64,000 nucleotides of DNA from Patescibacteria group bacterium (GCA_049604715.1 JBMYTV010000002.1:56455-120454), one strand, 5' to 3'; shown: positions 1-9,802, numbered from the stretch's first letter. The notes: generated by a model from the sequence alone, not told the origin. Numbers and translations: made by a program.

Positions 1-229
1 GCACTGGATACTTCTTTCCTTCAGGTCCGATCATTGCCTGACCATCAAATACACCTTCGATGATGCGTTCGTCATCAGTTTCAAGAGCAATGCCTTCTGT
101 GCGTGCCTTGGTAGATACATCAGCGGGTTTTAGGCCTAGCTCAACGTCTATGTCACCAACGATTTGATTTATTTTGTTTTGAACTGTCAGTAGTTCATTT
201 TTTATATTTTGTAGGTCTATTTTTGCCAT
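1..229 (-). CDS. partial coiled-coil hypothetical protein (N-terminus only; continues beyond window start)
   Basis: Reverse-complement of 1..229 translates without a stop from an ATG at 229..227 (MAKIDLQNIKNELLTVQNKINQIVGDIDVELGLKPADVSTKARTEGIALETDDERIIEGVFDGQAMIGPEGKKYPV...). It lies 60 nt downstream of the stop of the 848-aa ATPase gene on the same strand, so it is probably in the same operon. Not in the ORF track because it is truncated by the window edge. Confidence 0.4.
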   Translation of the reverse strand, partial: MAKIDLQNIKNELLTVQNKINQIVGDIDVELGLKPADVSTKARTEGIALETDDERIIEGVFDGQAMIGPEGKKYPV

Positions 230-288
230 AGTTTTTGTTTTAATATATGCGTTTTTACTATATACTAGAGCGCATTCCTTGGCAATAT

Positions 289-2835
289 CTAAAGACTTGG
301 TTCGTTTGGCACTGGTGACTTAGTGGTAGATTCTCCTAGCTTTGTACGTTCGAGTATTTCTGACGCCACTTCAGCACGCGGTCGACCAAACTTGAGCCGT
401 GACAGCTCTACTATAGCCTTGCCACGCTCAGTATTTCCACCTTCATATGGAGGTATAGTATGCATATTAAATGGGCGAGATGCAGTACCATTTATAAGAA
501 GTTTGATATACGCAGTATAACGCTCAATGTTGATAAGATCGCTTTGTGAAAATACTGGCTGAAATTCTTTTGCCAAAGTTTCAGCATCCTCAATACCAAT
601 ACGGAAAGAAACCATAGTACCAGCATTACCAAGAACAGCATCACGAATTGATGTATCATTATTTTTGACCAGCTGATTCATATACTGGTGAGCAATTGTT
701 AGATTAAGTCTATACTTACGAGCTTCAGATAAAATAGTAGCAATAGAATCAGTTACAAAGTTCTGGAACTCATCGATATAAAGATAAAAATCCTTACGCT
801 CATCCTCAGGTAAATGCGCACGTGTCAGAGCAGCCATTTGCAACTTCGCAACAATAATAAGGCCCAGCAAATTACTATTTACCTCACCCACCTTACCTTT
901 TGATAAGTTTACGAGAAGAATCTTCTGCTTATCCATCACATCCCTAAAATCAAATCCTGACTTTGACTGCCCAATAATATTTCGCACCATTTCATTTTCT
1001 ACAAACCGTCCAACCTTTGAAATCAAATACCCTAGCATTTCCCCGCGGGCTGACTCTGGAGTTTGTGCCATTTCTTTTTCCCAAAAGGCACGAACCATAG
1101 GATCGTCAACGTGTTTTAAGTATTCTTTTTGAAAAGCAGTATCAGTGAAAATACGCGGGATATCTGCAAGTGTTCCTGGATTTTTCTTATTCGACATAAG
1201 TGTCAGCATGGCATTGCGCATGTTGTGTTCAAACATAGGACCAATCATATCTGGATTTGGCACAAGTTTGTAAAAAATTGACACCATCTCTTGCGCAGCA
1301 AAATCCATTTCTTCAGGAGTATCAGCTTCAAGCATATTTAGACCAATTGGCCGCTCAGTATCACCGGGACTAAAAATAATAACATCCTCAGCACGTTCTT
1401 TTGGTATGTGTGGCAATACATGGTCAACAAAATCTCCGTGCGGATCAATGATAGCCATTCCTTTTCCATTTTGAATGTCCTGGATGGCCATATTTTCCAT
1501 ATAAGTCGACTTACCAGTACCAGAACGCCCGACAATATACATATGCCTACGCCGATCATCATCAGTAATACGAACCTCTACTTGCTCGCCACGGTAATTT
1601 GTCTTACCAAGAAGCAGTCCCATTCTAGGCATATCAATAGGCGGAGCTGCCTTACGCGCTGTAAGCCAGGCAATGTTTGGCGTGTCAGTTGTTGGTAGCG
1701 GCAAATGATAAAGTGATGCTAGCTCTTCAGTATTGATAACTAGTTTTTTGCGTTCATTAAAATCACGGTGAATAAACTGCTCAAAAAATGCATCCTTTGA
1801 ATACGGCAAAGACACCTTAAACCGATTTCCATACTGATAAATAGAATACTGACTAAATGACTGCAAAATATCGTTAATATAACCTTGTGCTTGTGGCTGA
1901 CTACTTGCGCTAACTACAATCCTTATATTTGCGTCAAAGCCTGCCTTAGAGGCTTTATTTTCTAAATGTTTCACCATTTCTTGCTCCATTGGTGACAGTG
2001 TGTACTTGTCATCACCCTGAGACTCTTCACCTTTTTTCTTTGAATGAAACACACTCATAAGCGCGGTCACTGGCAGACTCACTGCTTTCATCCACATTGG
2101 TTTATAAACTTGTGACAAGCTCTTCCCCTGCTGCATCTCACGAGCTATTTGAACACCTTTTCGTCTCCAACTCCGCGGTGCAGAGCGAACAACAAACTGA
2201 ATAGCAGCCCCATCATGCTCTTTTACTTTTGACAAACTATTAGCAAGGATGCCCATAGGATCTGACTCCATTTCCTCATATGTTTTTATTGGAAAAACAG
2301 ACGCACGCTCTAATGTAAGGTAGGTACCAAGCGTAACTCCCTGAGCAGTAAAAATATTATAGTCATCAATTTCCTCGATATGAGCATCAGGATATTGTGC
2401 ATGTATTTGCTCCTCCAAAAGCTTTCGTAAATACAAAGGCACAGCAATATAAAAATATATCTGACCGCCTCTTGCTACCATTTCAAGTGACACATGATCA
2501 TGTCGACCAAGTAGTCTAGTTTTGAATGTGCGTTCTGGTTTTAGACCACCGATAACAGCGTACAAACTCTCTGCCACACCAATCTTTTCTTTTATTAGAT
2601 CTAGTGTATTTTTCTCTTGATCCTCCTCAACCCCAGCTCTTGGTACTGCTATTTGTAGTACATTCATGCGGTATTTGCGCGCAACCGGAATCTTAGCCTT
2701 AAGCACTCTACGCAGCACAATAAACGCGATAATAAGTATCGCAACAATAACAGCAAAATAAAATATAAAAAACACGAGCAAACTAACAAGTGTCTGCGGT
2801 GTTACCGTGTCTGGTGGTGAAATAAATATGTCCAT
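289..2835 (-). CDS. membrane-anchored P-loop NTPase of the VirB4/HerA(DUF87)/TraD-FtsK superfamily (T4SS-like or conjugative-type ATPase)
   Basis: 848 aa. The N-terminus has two hydrophobic helices (LVSLLVFFIFYFAVIVAILIIAFIVL), followed by a large middle domain. There is a Walker A motif GRSGTGKST, an 'IIDPHGDF' motif typical of HerA/VirB4-type ATPases, and a Walker B-like hhhhDE (YLYIDEFQNF). Confidence 0.6.
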   Translation of the reverse strand: MDIFISPPDTVTPQTLVSLLVFFIFYFAVIVAILIIAFIVLRRVLKAKIPVARKYRMNVLQIAVPRAGVEEDQEKNTLDLIKEKIGVAESLYAVIGGLKPERTFKTRLLGRHDHVSLEMVARGGQIYFYIAVPLYLRKLLEEQIHAQYPDAHIEEIDDYNIFTAQGVTLGTYLTLERASVFPIKTYEEMESDPMGILANSLSKVKEHDGAAIQFVVRSAPRSWRRKGVQIAREMQQGKSLSQVYKPMWMKAVSLPVTALMSVFHSKKKGEESQGDDKYTLSPMEQEMVKHLENKASKAGFDANIRIVVSASSQPQAQGYINDILQSFSQYSIYQYGNRFKVSLPYSKDAFFEQFIHRDFNERKKLVINTEELASLYHLPLPTTDTPNIAWLTARKAAPPIDMPRMGLLLGKTNYRGEQVEVRITDDDRRRHMYIVGRSGTGKSTYMENMAIQDIQNGKGMAIIDPHGDFVDHVLPHIPKERAEDVIIFSPGDTERPIGLNMLEADTPEEMDFAAQEMVSIFYKLVPNPDMIGPMFEHNMRNAMLTLMSNKKNPGTLADIPRIFTDTAFQKEYLKHVDDPMVRAFWEKEMAQTPESARGEMLGYLISKVGRFVENEMVRNIIGQSKSGFDFRDVMDKQKILLVNLSKGKVGEVNSNLLGLIIVAKLQMAALTRAHLPEDERKDFYLYIDEFQNFVTDSIATILSEARKYRLNLTIAHQYMNQLVKNNDTSIRDAVLGNAGTMVSFRIGIEDAETLAKEFQPVFSQSDLINIERYTAYIKLLINGTASRPFNMHTIPPYEGGNTERGKAIVELSRLKFGRPRAEVASEILERTKLGESTTKSPVPNEPSL

Positions 2836-2856
2836 GGGGGCGAAATTGGCAATTAC

Positions 2857-3363
2857 TTACATTGTAAGATTGTCTTTGGAGTCTGTGTTAGCATTAGAGT
2901 GATCATGCTCATGCATTTCTACAACTTTATCAGTTTTGAGTTTTGCTTCTTGCTCAACAAAGTATTTGTTGATTCCTGGAATAATGCGGAGCCACTTTGC
3001 AATAACACTAACAATTCTCCTTGTTTTGATCTTTGTCTGATGCACAAGATCAAATACCATCTTAGTGGTTTCTTCTCCTGATTCTTTAAAGGTTTTTTGT
3101 GTCGCTGGATCAAGCTTTGCGTACACATCCTTGAGGTCCTCCTCTAAAATATCCTCAATTTCTTCCATTTCCTGCTCCTGCTCTGGAGTAAGTTGCTCCT
3201 TTGATTCTTCATCATCAGGTATGTGTGGTTTTGCGACCGGTGTTTTTGCTGGTTGTTTTGGGGCAGCCTCAACCGCAGGTGCTTGTTCTTGCACTGGCTT
3301 TGATTCAGCACCTGTTTCTGGTGTTGGTGGAAATTGTTCTGGAGAAATTCTTTGTTCAGGCAT
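2857..3363 (-). CDS. acidic, Pro/Glu-rich hypothetical protein with a disordered N-terminal half and a helical C-terminal half; operon partner of the ATPase
   Basis: 168 aa, low-complexity PEQ-rich N-terminus (PEQFPPTPETGAESKPVQEQAPAVEAAPKQPAKTPVAKP), acidic run EQEQEMEEIEDILEEDL. It is 21 nt upstream of the ATPase gene on the same strand. Confidence 0.45.
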   Translation of the reverse strand: MPEQRISPEQFPPTPETGAESKPVQEQAPAVEAAPKQPAKTPVAKPHIPDDEESKEQLTPEQEQEMEEIEDILEEDLKDVYAKLDPATQKTFKESGEETTKMVFDLVHQTKIKTRRIVSVIAKWLRIIPGINKYFVEQEAKLKTDKVVEMHEHDHSNANTDSKDNLTM

Positions 3364-3460
3364 ATAACTTTCTTTGGTTTGTAGTATATCATTTTTTATG
3401 TAATCGAAAAATACTATAATTATTTTTTTGTGTTATACTATAGACAACTAAAAGGAGCCC

Positions 3461-4390
3461 ATGTCTCATATTAAAAAAATTGCAACAAACCAGGTTACCT
3501 GGTTAAATATCGTGAATCCTACAAAAGACGATATTGCTTTTTTGCGTGATGAATTTCACTTTCATCCTATCAATCTAGAAGACGCCTCTGTCAATGTACG
3601 TGCTCAACGTCCTAAATTTGACATGCATGATGACTATTTGTTTCTTGTTCTTCATTTTCCTGTATATGATGAAGCTGCTGGCAGAATCAAGGCTGCTGAA
3701 GTTGACTTCTTTATTGGCAAAGAACATTTGATAACAGTGCATGATAACTCTCTTACGCCTGTAAAAGACTTTGAAAAACTATGCCTTGAGTTTGATCACT
3801 ACCGTGAGCAGTACTTATCACAAAATCCATCTGTACTGCTCTACGAAATTCTTGATCGGCTACTTGAGTACTGCTTCCCTATACTTGATCATATGAGTGA
3901 AGACATTGAACATATAGAAGATAAAATTTTTGCTGGAGAAGAAAAAAAGATAGTAAAAGATATTTTACAAATAAAACGTAACATAGCAAACTTCCGTAAA
4001 ATAATGCAATCACACAACAAAATTATCAAGAAACTTATTGCTATGGATACGGCCTTTTTCCCACATGTAGATATGCACCAATATTACAATGACTTAGTTG
4101 AGGAGACAAAAGATATTTGGCAAATACTAGAAACTCACAAAGAGACTATTGATGCGCTTCACCAAACCAATGATGCATCACTTTCATACAAACTTAATGA
4201 CATAATGAAAACACTGACAATATTCTCAGTTGTTGTCTTCCCACTTACTTTGCTAGCTGCAATATTTGGCATGAATACTGAATATCTACCTGTTGTTGGT
4301 ATACCTGGTGATTTTTGGTGGATTACAGGGTTTATGTTGTTTTTGACACTTCTAATGTTCTTCTTTTTCAAACGTCGAAATTGGTTATAA
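3461..4390 (+). CDS. corA: CorA-family Mg2+/Co2+ transporter
   Basis: 309 aa with two C-terminal TM helices and the signature GMN motif (AAIFGMNTEYLP). An AAAGGAG Shine-Dalgarno sits 6 nt upstream of the ATG. Confidence 0.85.
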   Translation: MSHIKKIATNQVTWLNIVNPTKDDIAFLRDEFHFHPINLEDASVNVRAQRPKFDMHDDYLFLVLHFPVYDEAAGRIKAAEVDFFIGKEHLITVHDNSLTPVKDFEKLCLEFDHYREQYLSQNPSVLLYEILDRLLEYCFPILDHMSEDIEHIEDKIFAGEEKKIVKDILQIKRNIANFRKIMQSHNKIIKKLIAMDTAFFPHVDMHQYYNDLVEETKDIWQILETHKETIDALHQTNDASLSYKLNDIMKTLTIFSVVVFPLTLLAAIFGMNTEYLPVVGIPGDFWWITGFMLFLTLLMFFFFKRRNWL

Positions 4391-4406
4391 GATTTTTTTC
4401 CAGTAT

Positions 4407-4435
4407 AAAACCCGGCGCTTTGGTGTCCGGGTTTT
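4407..4435. terminator. bidirectional rho-independent terminator hairpin between corA (+) and 4464..4973 (-)
   Basis: AAAACCCGG-cgctttggtgt-CCGGGTTTT, flanked by A and T runs on both sides. Confidence 0.6.
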
Positions 4436-4463
4436 AAAATTTTTTTAAAAGAAAGCAGGGATG

Positions 4464-4973
4464 TTATTTGATAAGAGCTCGGCTGCTCTTCCGAGTTTTT
4501 CTGGCTCGGCTTTTTTCGGCTTGTTGTTTTTTCCGCGCAATCAGATTGCGAGTTCCGATAGTGTCGCACATAACGTACGCCAGTATCGGAAAAACAATAG
4601 TACCGGCAAGCCACTGGGTCCAGGTCAACGGATCAAGGCTAAAGAGCCCATCGTATGACAGCTCTATGCCATACGCAGACTTAAAGCCTTCAGCCATATT
4701 CGCGATACCAGAAGCGAAAAGCACTAAACCGGTAACAACACGGACCATCCAGGCAAGCTCGCCATCCTTGAGCAGTTCGTCCTTGAAAATCGACATTGCA
4801 ACCACCCCGGCGTCAATTGCAAATGCGGCAATCGCCCCGAGAATTAAATTATGATAAAAAAACTGACTCATAAATGATGCGGTATGCAAAAACGTGGCAC
4901 TTAAAATACCGATCAGACACAAAGCACCAGGCCGATATTTAACCAGCTCTCTAAACTTGAATCTCATTTCCAT
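4464..4973 (-). CDS. hypothetical polytopic membrane protein, paralogue A
   Basis: 169 aa with about 4 predicted TM helices. The C-terminal motif TWTQWLAGTIVFPILAYVM is shared with the downstream paralogue. It has a basic C-terminal tail (KKQQAEKSRARKTRKSSR). Confidence 0.5.
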   Translation of the reverse strand: MEMRFKFRELVKYRPGALCLIGILSATFLHTASFMSQFFYHNLILGAIAAFAIDAGVVAMSIFKDELLKDGELAWMVRVVTGLVLFASGIANMAEGFKSAYGIELSYDGLFSLDPLTWTQWLAGTIVFPILAYVMCDTIGTRNLIARKKQQAEKSRARKTRKSSRALIK

Positions 4974-5155
4974 AGCTTCCTCTCTTGTCTTTATATGATT
5001 TTATATAGCCATTTTTGAATGGCCTACATTTTTTAAATAGCGACCTGATAATCTACAATAAAGATTAAAATGTGTCAAGTAAAAAACCCTACCGCATTGC
5101 GGAGGGTAAAAAGGTATAACTTTTATATATTTCATTATAATTATAAACAAACAAC

Positions 5156-5719
5156 TCACTGGCCTTTTCGGTTTTTCTTAGCAATTGCTTCGCCCATATC
5201 ATAAGCGAGCATAGGAAAAACAATACAGCCAGCAATCCACTGGGTTTTTGTAAGAAAATCCAGCTCAAAAAACGCGTCTATTGAGAACGTAATCTCATAA
5301 GCCAATTCAAACCCATAGCCCATAAAAATATACCCAACCCAGGCCACAATAAAATGTGTGTATAGCTGGATAAGAGCTGGAACAAAACGTGCTCCAAGAG
5401 CATGGAGTTGATCTTTGTACGAGTTTATAGCCAGAGTTGCAATAACAAACAGAACGTACGACGCTACATCACCGAACGGATTGCTACTACGCGCAGCGTA
5501 GCTTTTTATGACATCACCAAAAGATGACCCAAAAAAGAGAAATAAATACCAAAAACCCCAGTGGTATTTAAACTTAAATAGATCAAGCGTAAATAACGGA
5601 ACTTTCAACATTTGAATTTTTTTTGAAGAAGAACGACGTTTTGAACCTCTTCTTTTCTTTCTGTATTTTCTGCGATTCTTTCTGTACTTATAATCATTAC
5701 GCCCGATATATGTCTTCAT
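5156..5719 (-). CDS. hypothetical polytopic membrane protein, paralogue B
   Basis: 187 aa with a highly basic N-terminal tail (YKYRKNRRKYRKKRRGSKRRSSSKK). Its TM core carries the shared motif TKTQWIAGCIVFPMLAYDM. An imperfect hairpin terminator lies at about 5089..5110. Confidence 0.5.
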   Translation of the reverse strand: MKTYIGRNDYKYRKNRRKYRKKRRGSKRRSSSKKIQMLKVPLFTLDLFKFKYHWGFWYLFLFFGSSFGDVIKSYAARSSNPFGDVASYVLFVIATLAINSYKDQLHALGARFVPALIQLYTHFIVAWVGYIFMGYGFELAYEITFSIDAFFELDFLTKTQWIAGCIVFPMLAYDMGEAIAKKNRKGQ

Positions 5720-5906
5720 AGTCTTTGCCTCGTTGTGTCTGTGACTTTGACTTATAAAAAACTGGGAAGGTACTACGCCTTTGTGTTTTATGAGTGTTTT
5801 CTATGAAATATAGCGCTTGTTGTAAATGAACAAGATAACATACATAAAATACGATAAATTGTCAACAATCATTGCTAAAAAATACAAGCTCTACTACAAT
5901 CAAAGC

Positions 5907-7334
5907 ATGAAGAAAATAACATTCACCAATACACTTGGCAAAACAAAACAAGAGCTCAAACCTCTTGATAAAAATAATATCACCATGTACCACTGCGGTC
6001 CTACTGTATACTGGACCCAGCACATTGGCAATTTACGTGCTGTAGTCATGGCTGATTTGGTTGTGCGTACGCTTTCCTACCTTGACTACAAAGTTAAGCT
6101 TGTACGTAACTACACAGATGTTGGTCACCTCACTTCAGACAGTGATACAGGTCAGGATAAAATGGAAAAAGCAGCCAAACGCGAATCACTCTCTCCAGAT
6201 GAAATTGCTCAAAAGTATATTGATATTTTTGAACATGATATTCATGCACTTGGTGTACCGGATGCAGATGTAAAACCACGCGCAACAAAGCACGTGAATG
6301 AAATGATCGCGATGGTTCAAGAATTACTTAAAAAAGAATATGCCTATACTACAGATTTGGCAGTATATTTTGATGTATCAAAAGCTAATGACTATACAAA
6401 ACTCTCCGGACAAAACTTAGAAGAAAATATTGCGCATGCTGGTACTGGTGATGTAAAAGATGATGACAAAAAAAATCCAGCTGACTTTGCATTGTGGTTT
6501 TTCAAAGCTGGCGCCCACGCTAATGCACTCCAGACTTGGTCTAGTCCATTTACCTCACCGCTTGTTCAAAACGGCGAAGGGTTTCCTGGTTGGCACATTG
6601 AGTGTAGTGCTATGGCGCAAAAACACCTAGGTAACACAATTGATATCCATATGGGTGGCATTGAGCACATTCCAGTGCACCACACTAACGAAATTGCACA
6701 ATCAGAACATGCAACTGGCGAGCCTTTTGCAAACATTTGGCTGCATAACGAACACTTGACTGTAGATGATAAAAAAATGGCCAAATCAGAAGGAACTAGC
6801 TTCTCACTGCAAGAAATCGTTGAAAAAGGCTTTGACCCACTAGCCCTGCGGTATTTTTTCTTGCAGGCACATTACCGCTCAAAACAAAACTTTACTTGGG
6901 AAGCACTAGCAAGTGCACAAACAACCTTGAATAAACTATATTTACAAATTCTCAACCTTCCCGAAAAAGGCGGATCGTTAAATGATGAATTTGCAAGAAC
7001 CTTTACCAAAGCACTCTCAGATGATGTGAATACACCACAAGCATTAGCAGTTGTATGGGACATGCTCAAATCTGACATACCAGCAGAGGACAAGTACAAA
7101 ACACTCATGTCCTTTGATGAGGTATTGGGGTTATCATTACAAAAACGACGTGAACATATCACTCATGCTCTTGAAACACTTCCAAAGGAAGTATCAGATA
7201 TGATGAAAGAGCGCGATAACGCACGCAATGAAAAAAACTGGCCAAAAGCTGACAGTCTTCGAGACGCAATTTTAGAAAAAGGATTCTGGGTAGAAGATAC
7301 TCCAGACGGAACCAAATTGATACCAAAACTATAA
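5907..7334 (+). CDS. cysS: cysteinyl-tRNA synthetase
   Basis: Class I aaRS signature HIGNLR (HIGH-like) after MYHCGPTVYWTQ, and a KMSKS-like KMAKSEGT. The ORF track starts at 5826, but the conserved CysRS N-terminus begins at the internal Met (MKKITFTN) at 5907. Confidence 0.9.
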   Translation: MKKITFTNTLGKTKQELKPLDKNNITMYHCGPTVYWTQHIGNLRAVVMADLVVRTLSYLDYKVKLVRNYTDVGHLTSDSDTGQDKMEKAAKRESLSPDEIAQKYIDIFEHDIHALGVPDADVKPRATKHVNEMIAMVQELLKKEYAYTTDLAVYFDVSKANDYTKLSGQNLEENIAHAGTGDVKDDDKKNPADFALWFFKAGAHANALQTWSSPFTSPLVQNGEGFPGWHIECSAMAQKHLGNTIDIHMGGIEHIPVHHTNEIAQSEHATGEPFANIWLHNEHLTVDDKKMAKSEGTSFSLQEIVEKGFDPLALRYFFLQAHYRSKQNFTWEALASAQTTLNKLYLQILNLPEKGGSLNDEFARTFTKALSDDVNTPQALAVVWDMLKSDIPAEDKYKTLMSFDEVLGLSLQKRREHITHALETLPKEVSDMMKERDNARNEKNWPKADSLRDAILEKGFWVEDTPDGTKLIPKL

Positions 7335-7730
7335 ACGCTCTTGGTATTGCCTCACAAACAACTCAACATTTTTGAATATACTCTCCTTTAGAGCCTCTTC
7401 AGGAGTAAAGTATTTAACTGCCACACATTCATCTGATGGCGTGAAGTTGAGATGCTCAAGACTTGCCTCATAAATAATATTTGCTTTCCAACTCCCCTTC
7501 TCTTCCCAGGTTGTTACAAAATCTGGAGTTTCTTTTATATAAGTAACTGGTATTTGCATTTCTTCTTTTATTTCCCTTTTCAAACCTTCATGTGGTGTTT
7601 CACCATGATCAAGTCCTCCTCCTGGAAGCTCCCAAGTACCATTATCCTCTTGAACTAATAAAAAACGCTTATCTTCATCCAATACAAGCGCCTTTACGCT
7701 GATGCGGTAGTGTGCATGTGGAGTTGTCAT
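7329..7730 (-). CDS. NUDIX hydrolase
   Basis: 133 aa with a Nudix box GGGLDHGETPHEGLKREIKEEMQI (GX5EX7REUXEEXGU). Confidence 0.8.
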   Translation of the reverse strand: MTTPHAHYRISVKALVLDEDKRFLLVQEDNGTWELPGGGLDHGETPHEGLKREIKEEMQIPVTYIKETPDFVTTWEEKGSWKANIIYEASLEHLNFTPSDECVAVKYFTPEEALKESIFKNVELFVRQYQERL

Positions 7731-7836
7731 ATAATACTTGCGTTAATATTAGCTACATGATAGTATATTATGTATTTCAATTCAGCAGCCCTTTAAACAA
7801 CTACATACAATCATCTCAAAACAAGTGGTATAATTA

Positions 7837-8175
7837 ATGGCTAAAAAAATGAGAAAAACTAAAGAACCAAGTATGTGGTATGTTATGTTTTTATTGATTA
7901 AATCAATATTTGTCCATCCAACAGCAGAAGAAGCATCAATAGTTGCCGGATCGGTATTTGATCTTCGAAGATTTAAAAGCTTCAAAAGTGTCAAGCCGGG
8001 CGATGTGATGACAGATGTTGATAATTTCAATCAACGACGTGACGCGACGGTTATCAAAGTTGAAGATGGAATTATTCACTGCGAAGTGAACATTGATCAA
8101 CCGCGGACAGTCAAGTATCACCAGAAAACTGGGATTAATGTCCTGGGAAAAGCTTTTGGTCATTTGGAATGGTAA
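7837..8175 (+). CDS. hypothetical small protein with hydrophobic N-terminus
   Basis: 112-aa ORF followed by a hairpin terminator at 8183..8205 (AGACTATC-aaaattt-GATAGTCT). No recognisable motifs. Confidence 0.35.
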   Translation: MAKKMRKTKEPSMWYVMFLLIKSIFVHPTAEEASIVAGSVFDLRRFKSFKSVKPGDVMTDVDNFNQRRDATVIKVEDGIIHCEVNIDQPRTVKYHQKTGINVLGKAFGHLEW

Positions 8176-8227
8176 AAAATGTAGACTATCAAAATTTGAT
8201 AGTCTTTTATATTACTACACCAAAACC

Positions 8228-8707
8228 TTACTTTTTACTTTTTAAAATTATACCTTTTGCAAAATCGCCATACCCAACACCATAAATCTTCGCCCAAACA
8301 TCTATATTTACATATACATTATCATTCATTCTTATTTTCAAATACTGATGTGGAGATATAAACCATACCCTTGTCCATTTTAATGAAATGTCAGCCTCTT
8401 CAAAATGCCCACTATGCACTAGCAGGTACTTTGCCAAATAGTTAATATTCGTACAGTGCAAATAACCTGTCTTCTTCCATAACTCATCAATATCTGTGTA
8501 CAAAAGCTCATACACACGTGTATATGTTTTGACTCGGCTACCATGATACTTATCAGACAAGTATGTATATACTTTTAGTAAACAGTCTTCTTTAGAAGGC
8601 AACCCTTTAAGTCCCTCAATAAGTTCCTGCATTTCAGATGAGATATTGGTATGTGTTTTCAGCTTTCTTTGTAAAAACATAAAAATACATGTTATATACC
8701 TCATCAT
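8228..8707 (-). CDS. hypothetical protein, possibly transglutaminase-like cysteine-protease fold (Cys-His-Asp)
   Basis: 159 aa. The candidate catalytic triad spacing is GYLHC(T)N...SPHQYLKI...VNIDVW, which resembles the transglutaminase-like or lasso-peptide B2 core. The match is weak and judged by eye only. Confidence 0.35.
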   Translation of the reverse strand: MMRYITCIFMFLQRKLKTHTNISSEMQELIEGLKGLPSKEDCLLKVYTYLSDKYHGSRVKTYTRVYELLYTDIDELWKKTGYLHCTNINYLAKYLLVHSGHFEEADISLKWTRVWFISPHQYLKIRMNDNVYVNIDVWAKIYGVGYGDFAKGIILKSKK

Positions 8708-8773
8708 AGCACAAACACCTTATCTCAGCCAAAAACTTGAAAAATTCAAAATATCCGTTATACTGCTCTAGAT

Positions 8774-9802
8774 ATGGACAATTTTTGGCAAAAACAAAAT
8801 AAACCTATTTTAGCACTGGCGCCTATGGCAGGTGTAACTGATATTGCCTTTCGGCAGATGTGTAAGCAATACGGTGCTGATGTGATTTATACTGAATTTG
8901 CATCTGCAGATGCGCTTATTTATGAATCACAAAAAACATTTGATATGATCCGATTCGCAGAAGAAGAGCGCCCTGTTGTTGTGCAAATTTTTGGCAACAA
9001 GCCAGAACATATGGGAAAAGCAGCTGCTATCTGCGAAGAACTCGGCTTTGATGGTATTGACATTAATTTTGGTTGTCCTGCTTATAAAGTTGTGAAACAC
9101 GGTGGTGGTGTCTCACTAATGCGTGAACCTGAGAGATGCCGTGAGCTTATTCAAGCAACTATTGAAGCTGTAAAAATTCCAGTATCTATAAAAATCCGCT
9201 CAAGTATATCTAGAGAGAGTAATGGTACAAAAAAGACAAAAAATAGTTTTGTCCCTGATGTGTCTGATCCTACTGACTGCGGCACAGAAACTGATCTTGA
9301 CTCTGTAACAGCTATTGAGTTTATTGAAGCGCTAAATGGGCTTGATATTGCAGCTATTATGATTCATGCCCGAAGCTATGAACGTCCATTTGATGGCTAC
9401 CCTGAAGTTGAGATTGTACAAAAACTTCGGAAAGTATACGACGGTATACTGATCCATAATGGTGGTATCTATACTCCAGAAGTTGCAAAAGAGCTTTTAG
9501 AAAAAACTGGTGCAGACGGTCTTGGCATTGCGCGCGGTGCTTGGGGTCAGCCATGGCTATTTCAGCAGATTAAAGAGTATTTAGAAACCGGTGAGTACTG
9601 GCAACCTTCTCACGACGAGATCATACCAATAATTTTAGAACATGCCCGGCGTGCCTTTGATCAAAAGGGAGAGCGCGGTGTCATAGAGCTACGTAAACAT
9701 TTGTCATGGTATATCAAAGGCTGGCCAGAAGCTAAAAAGATGAGAAACAAACTGATGCAAACCAAGTCATACGAAGAAGTAGAAAATATTCTCAAATATT
9801 AA
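8774..9802 (+). CDS. dus: tRNA-dihydrouridine synthase
   Basis: N-terminal LAPMAGVTD motif and the TIM-barrel Dus fold signature (IDINFGCP). It contains a roughly 35-aa low-complexity insertion. Confidence 0.85.
   Translation: MDNFWQKQNKPILALAPMAGVTDIAFRQMCKQYGADVIYTEFASADALIYESQKTFDMIRFAEEERPVVVQIFGNKPEHMGKAAAICEELGFDGIDINFGCPAYKVVKHGGGVSLMREPERCRELIQATIEAVKIPVSIKIRSSISRESNGTKKTKNSFVPDVSDPTDCGTETDLDSVTAIEFIEALNGLDIAAIMIHARSYERPFDGYPEVEIVQKLRKVYDGILIHNGGIYTPEVAKELLEKTGADGLGIARGAWGQPWLFQQIKEYLETGEYWQPSHDEIIPIILEHARRAFDQKGERGVIELRKHLSWYIKGWPEAKKMRNKLMQTKSYEEVENILKY

Noticed and set aside
6061-7162. ORFs 6061-6273 (+), 6566-6784 (-) and 6872-7162 (-) inside cysS
   Set aside because: Embedded in or antisense to the well-supported cysS frame. 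Unusual Cys-rich or low-complexity composition. Considered non-coding.
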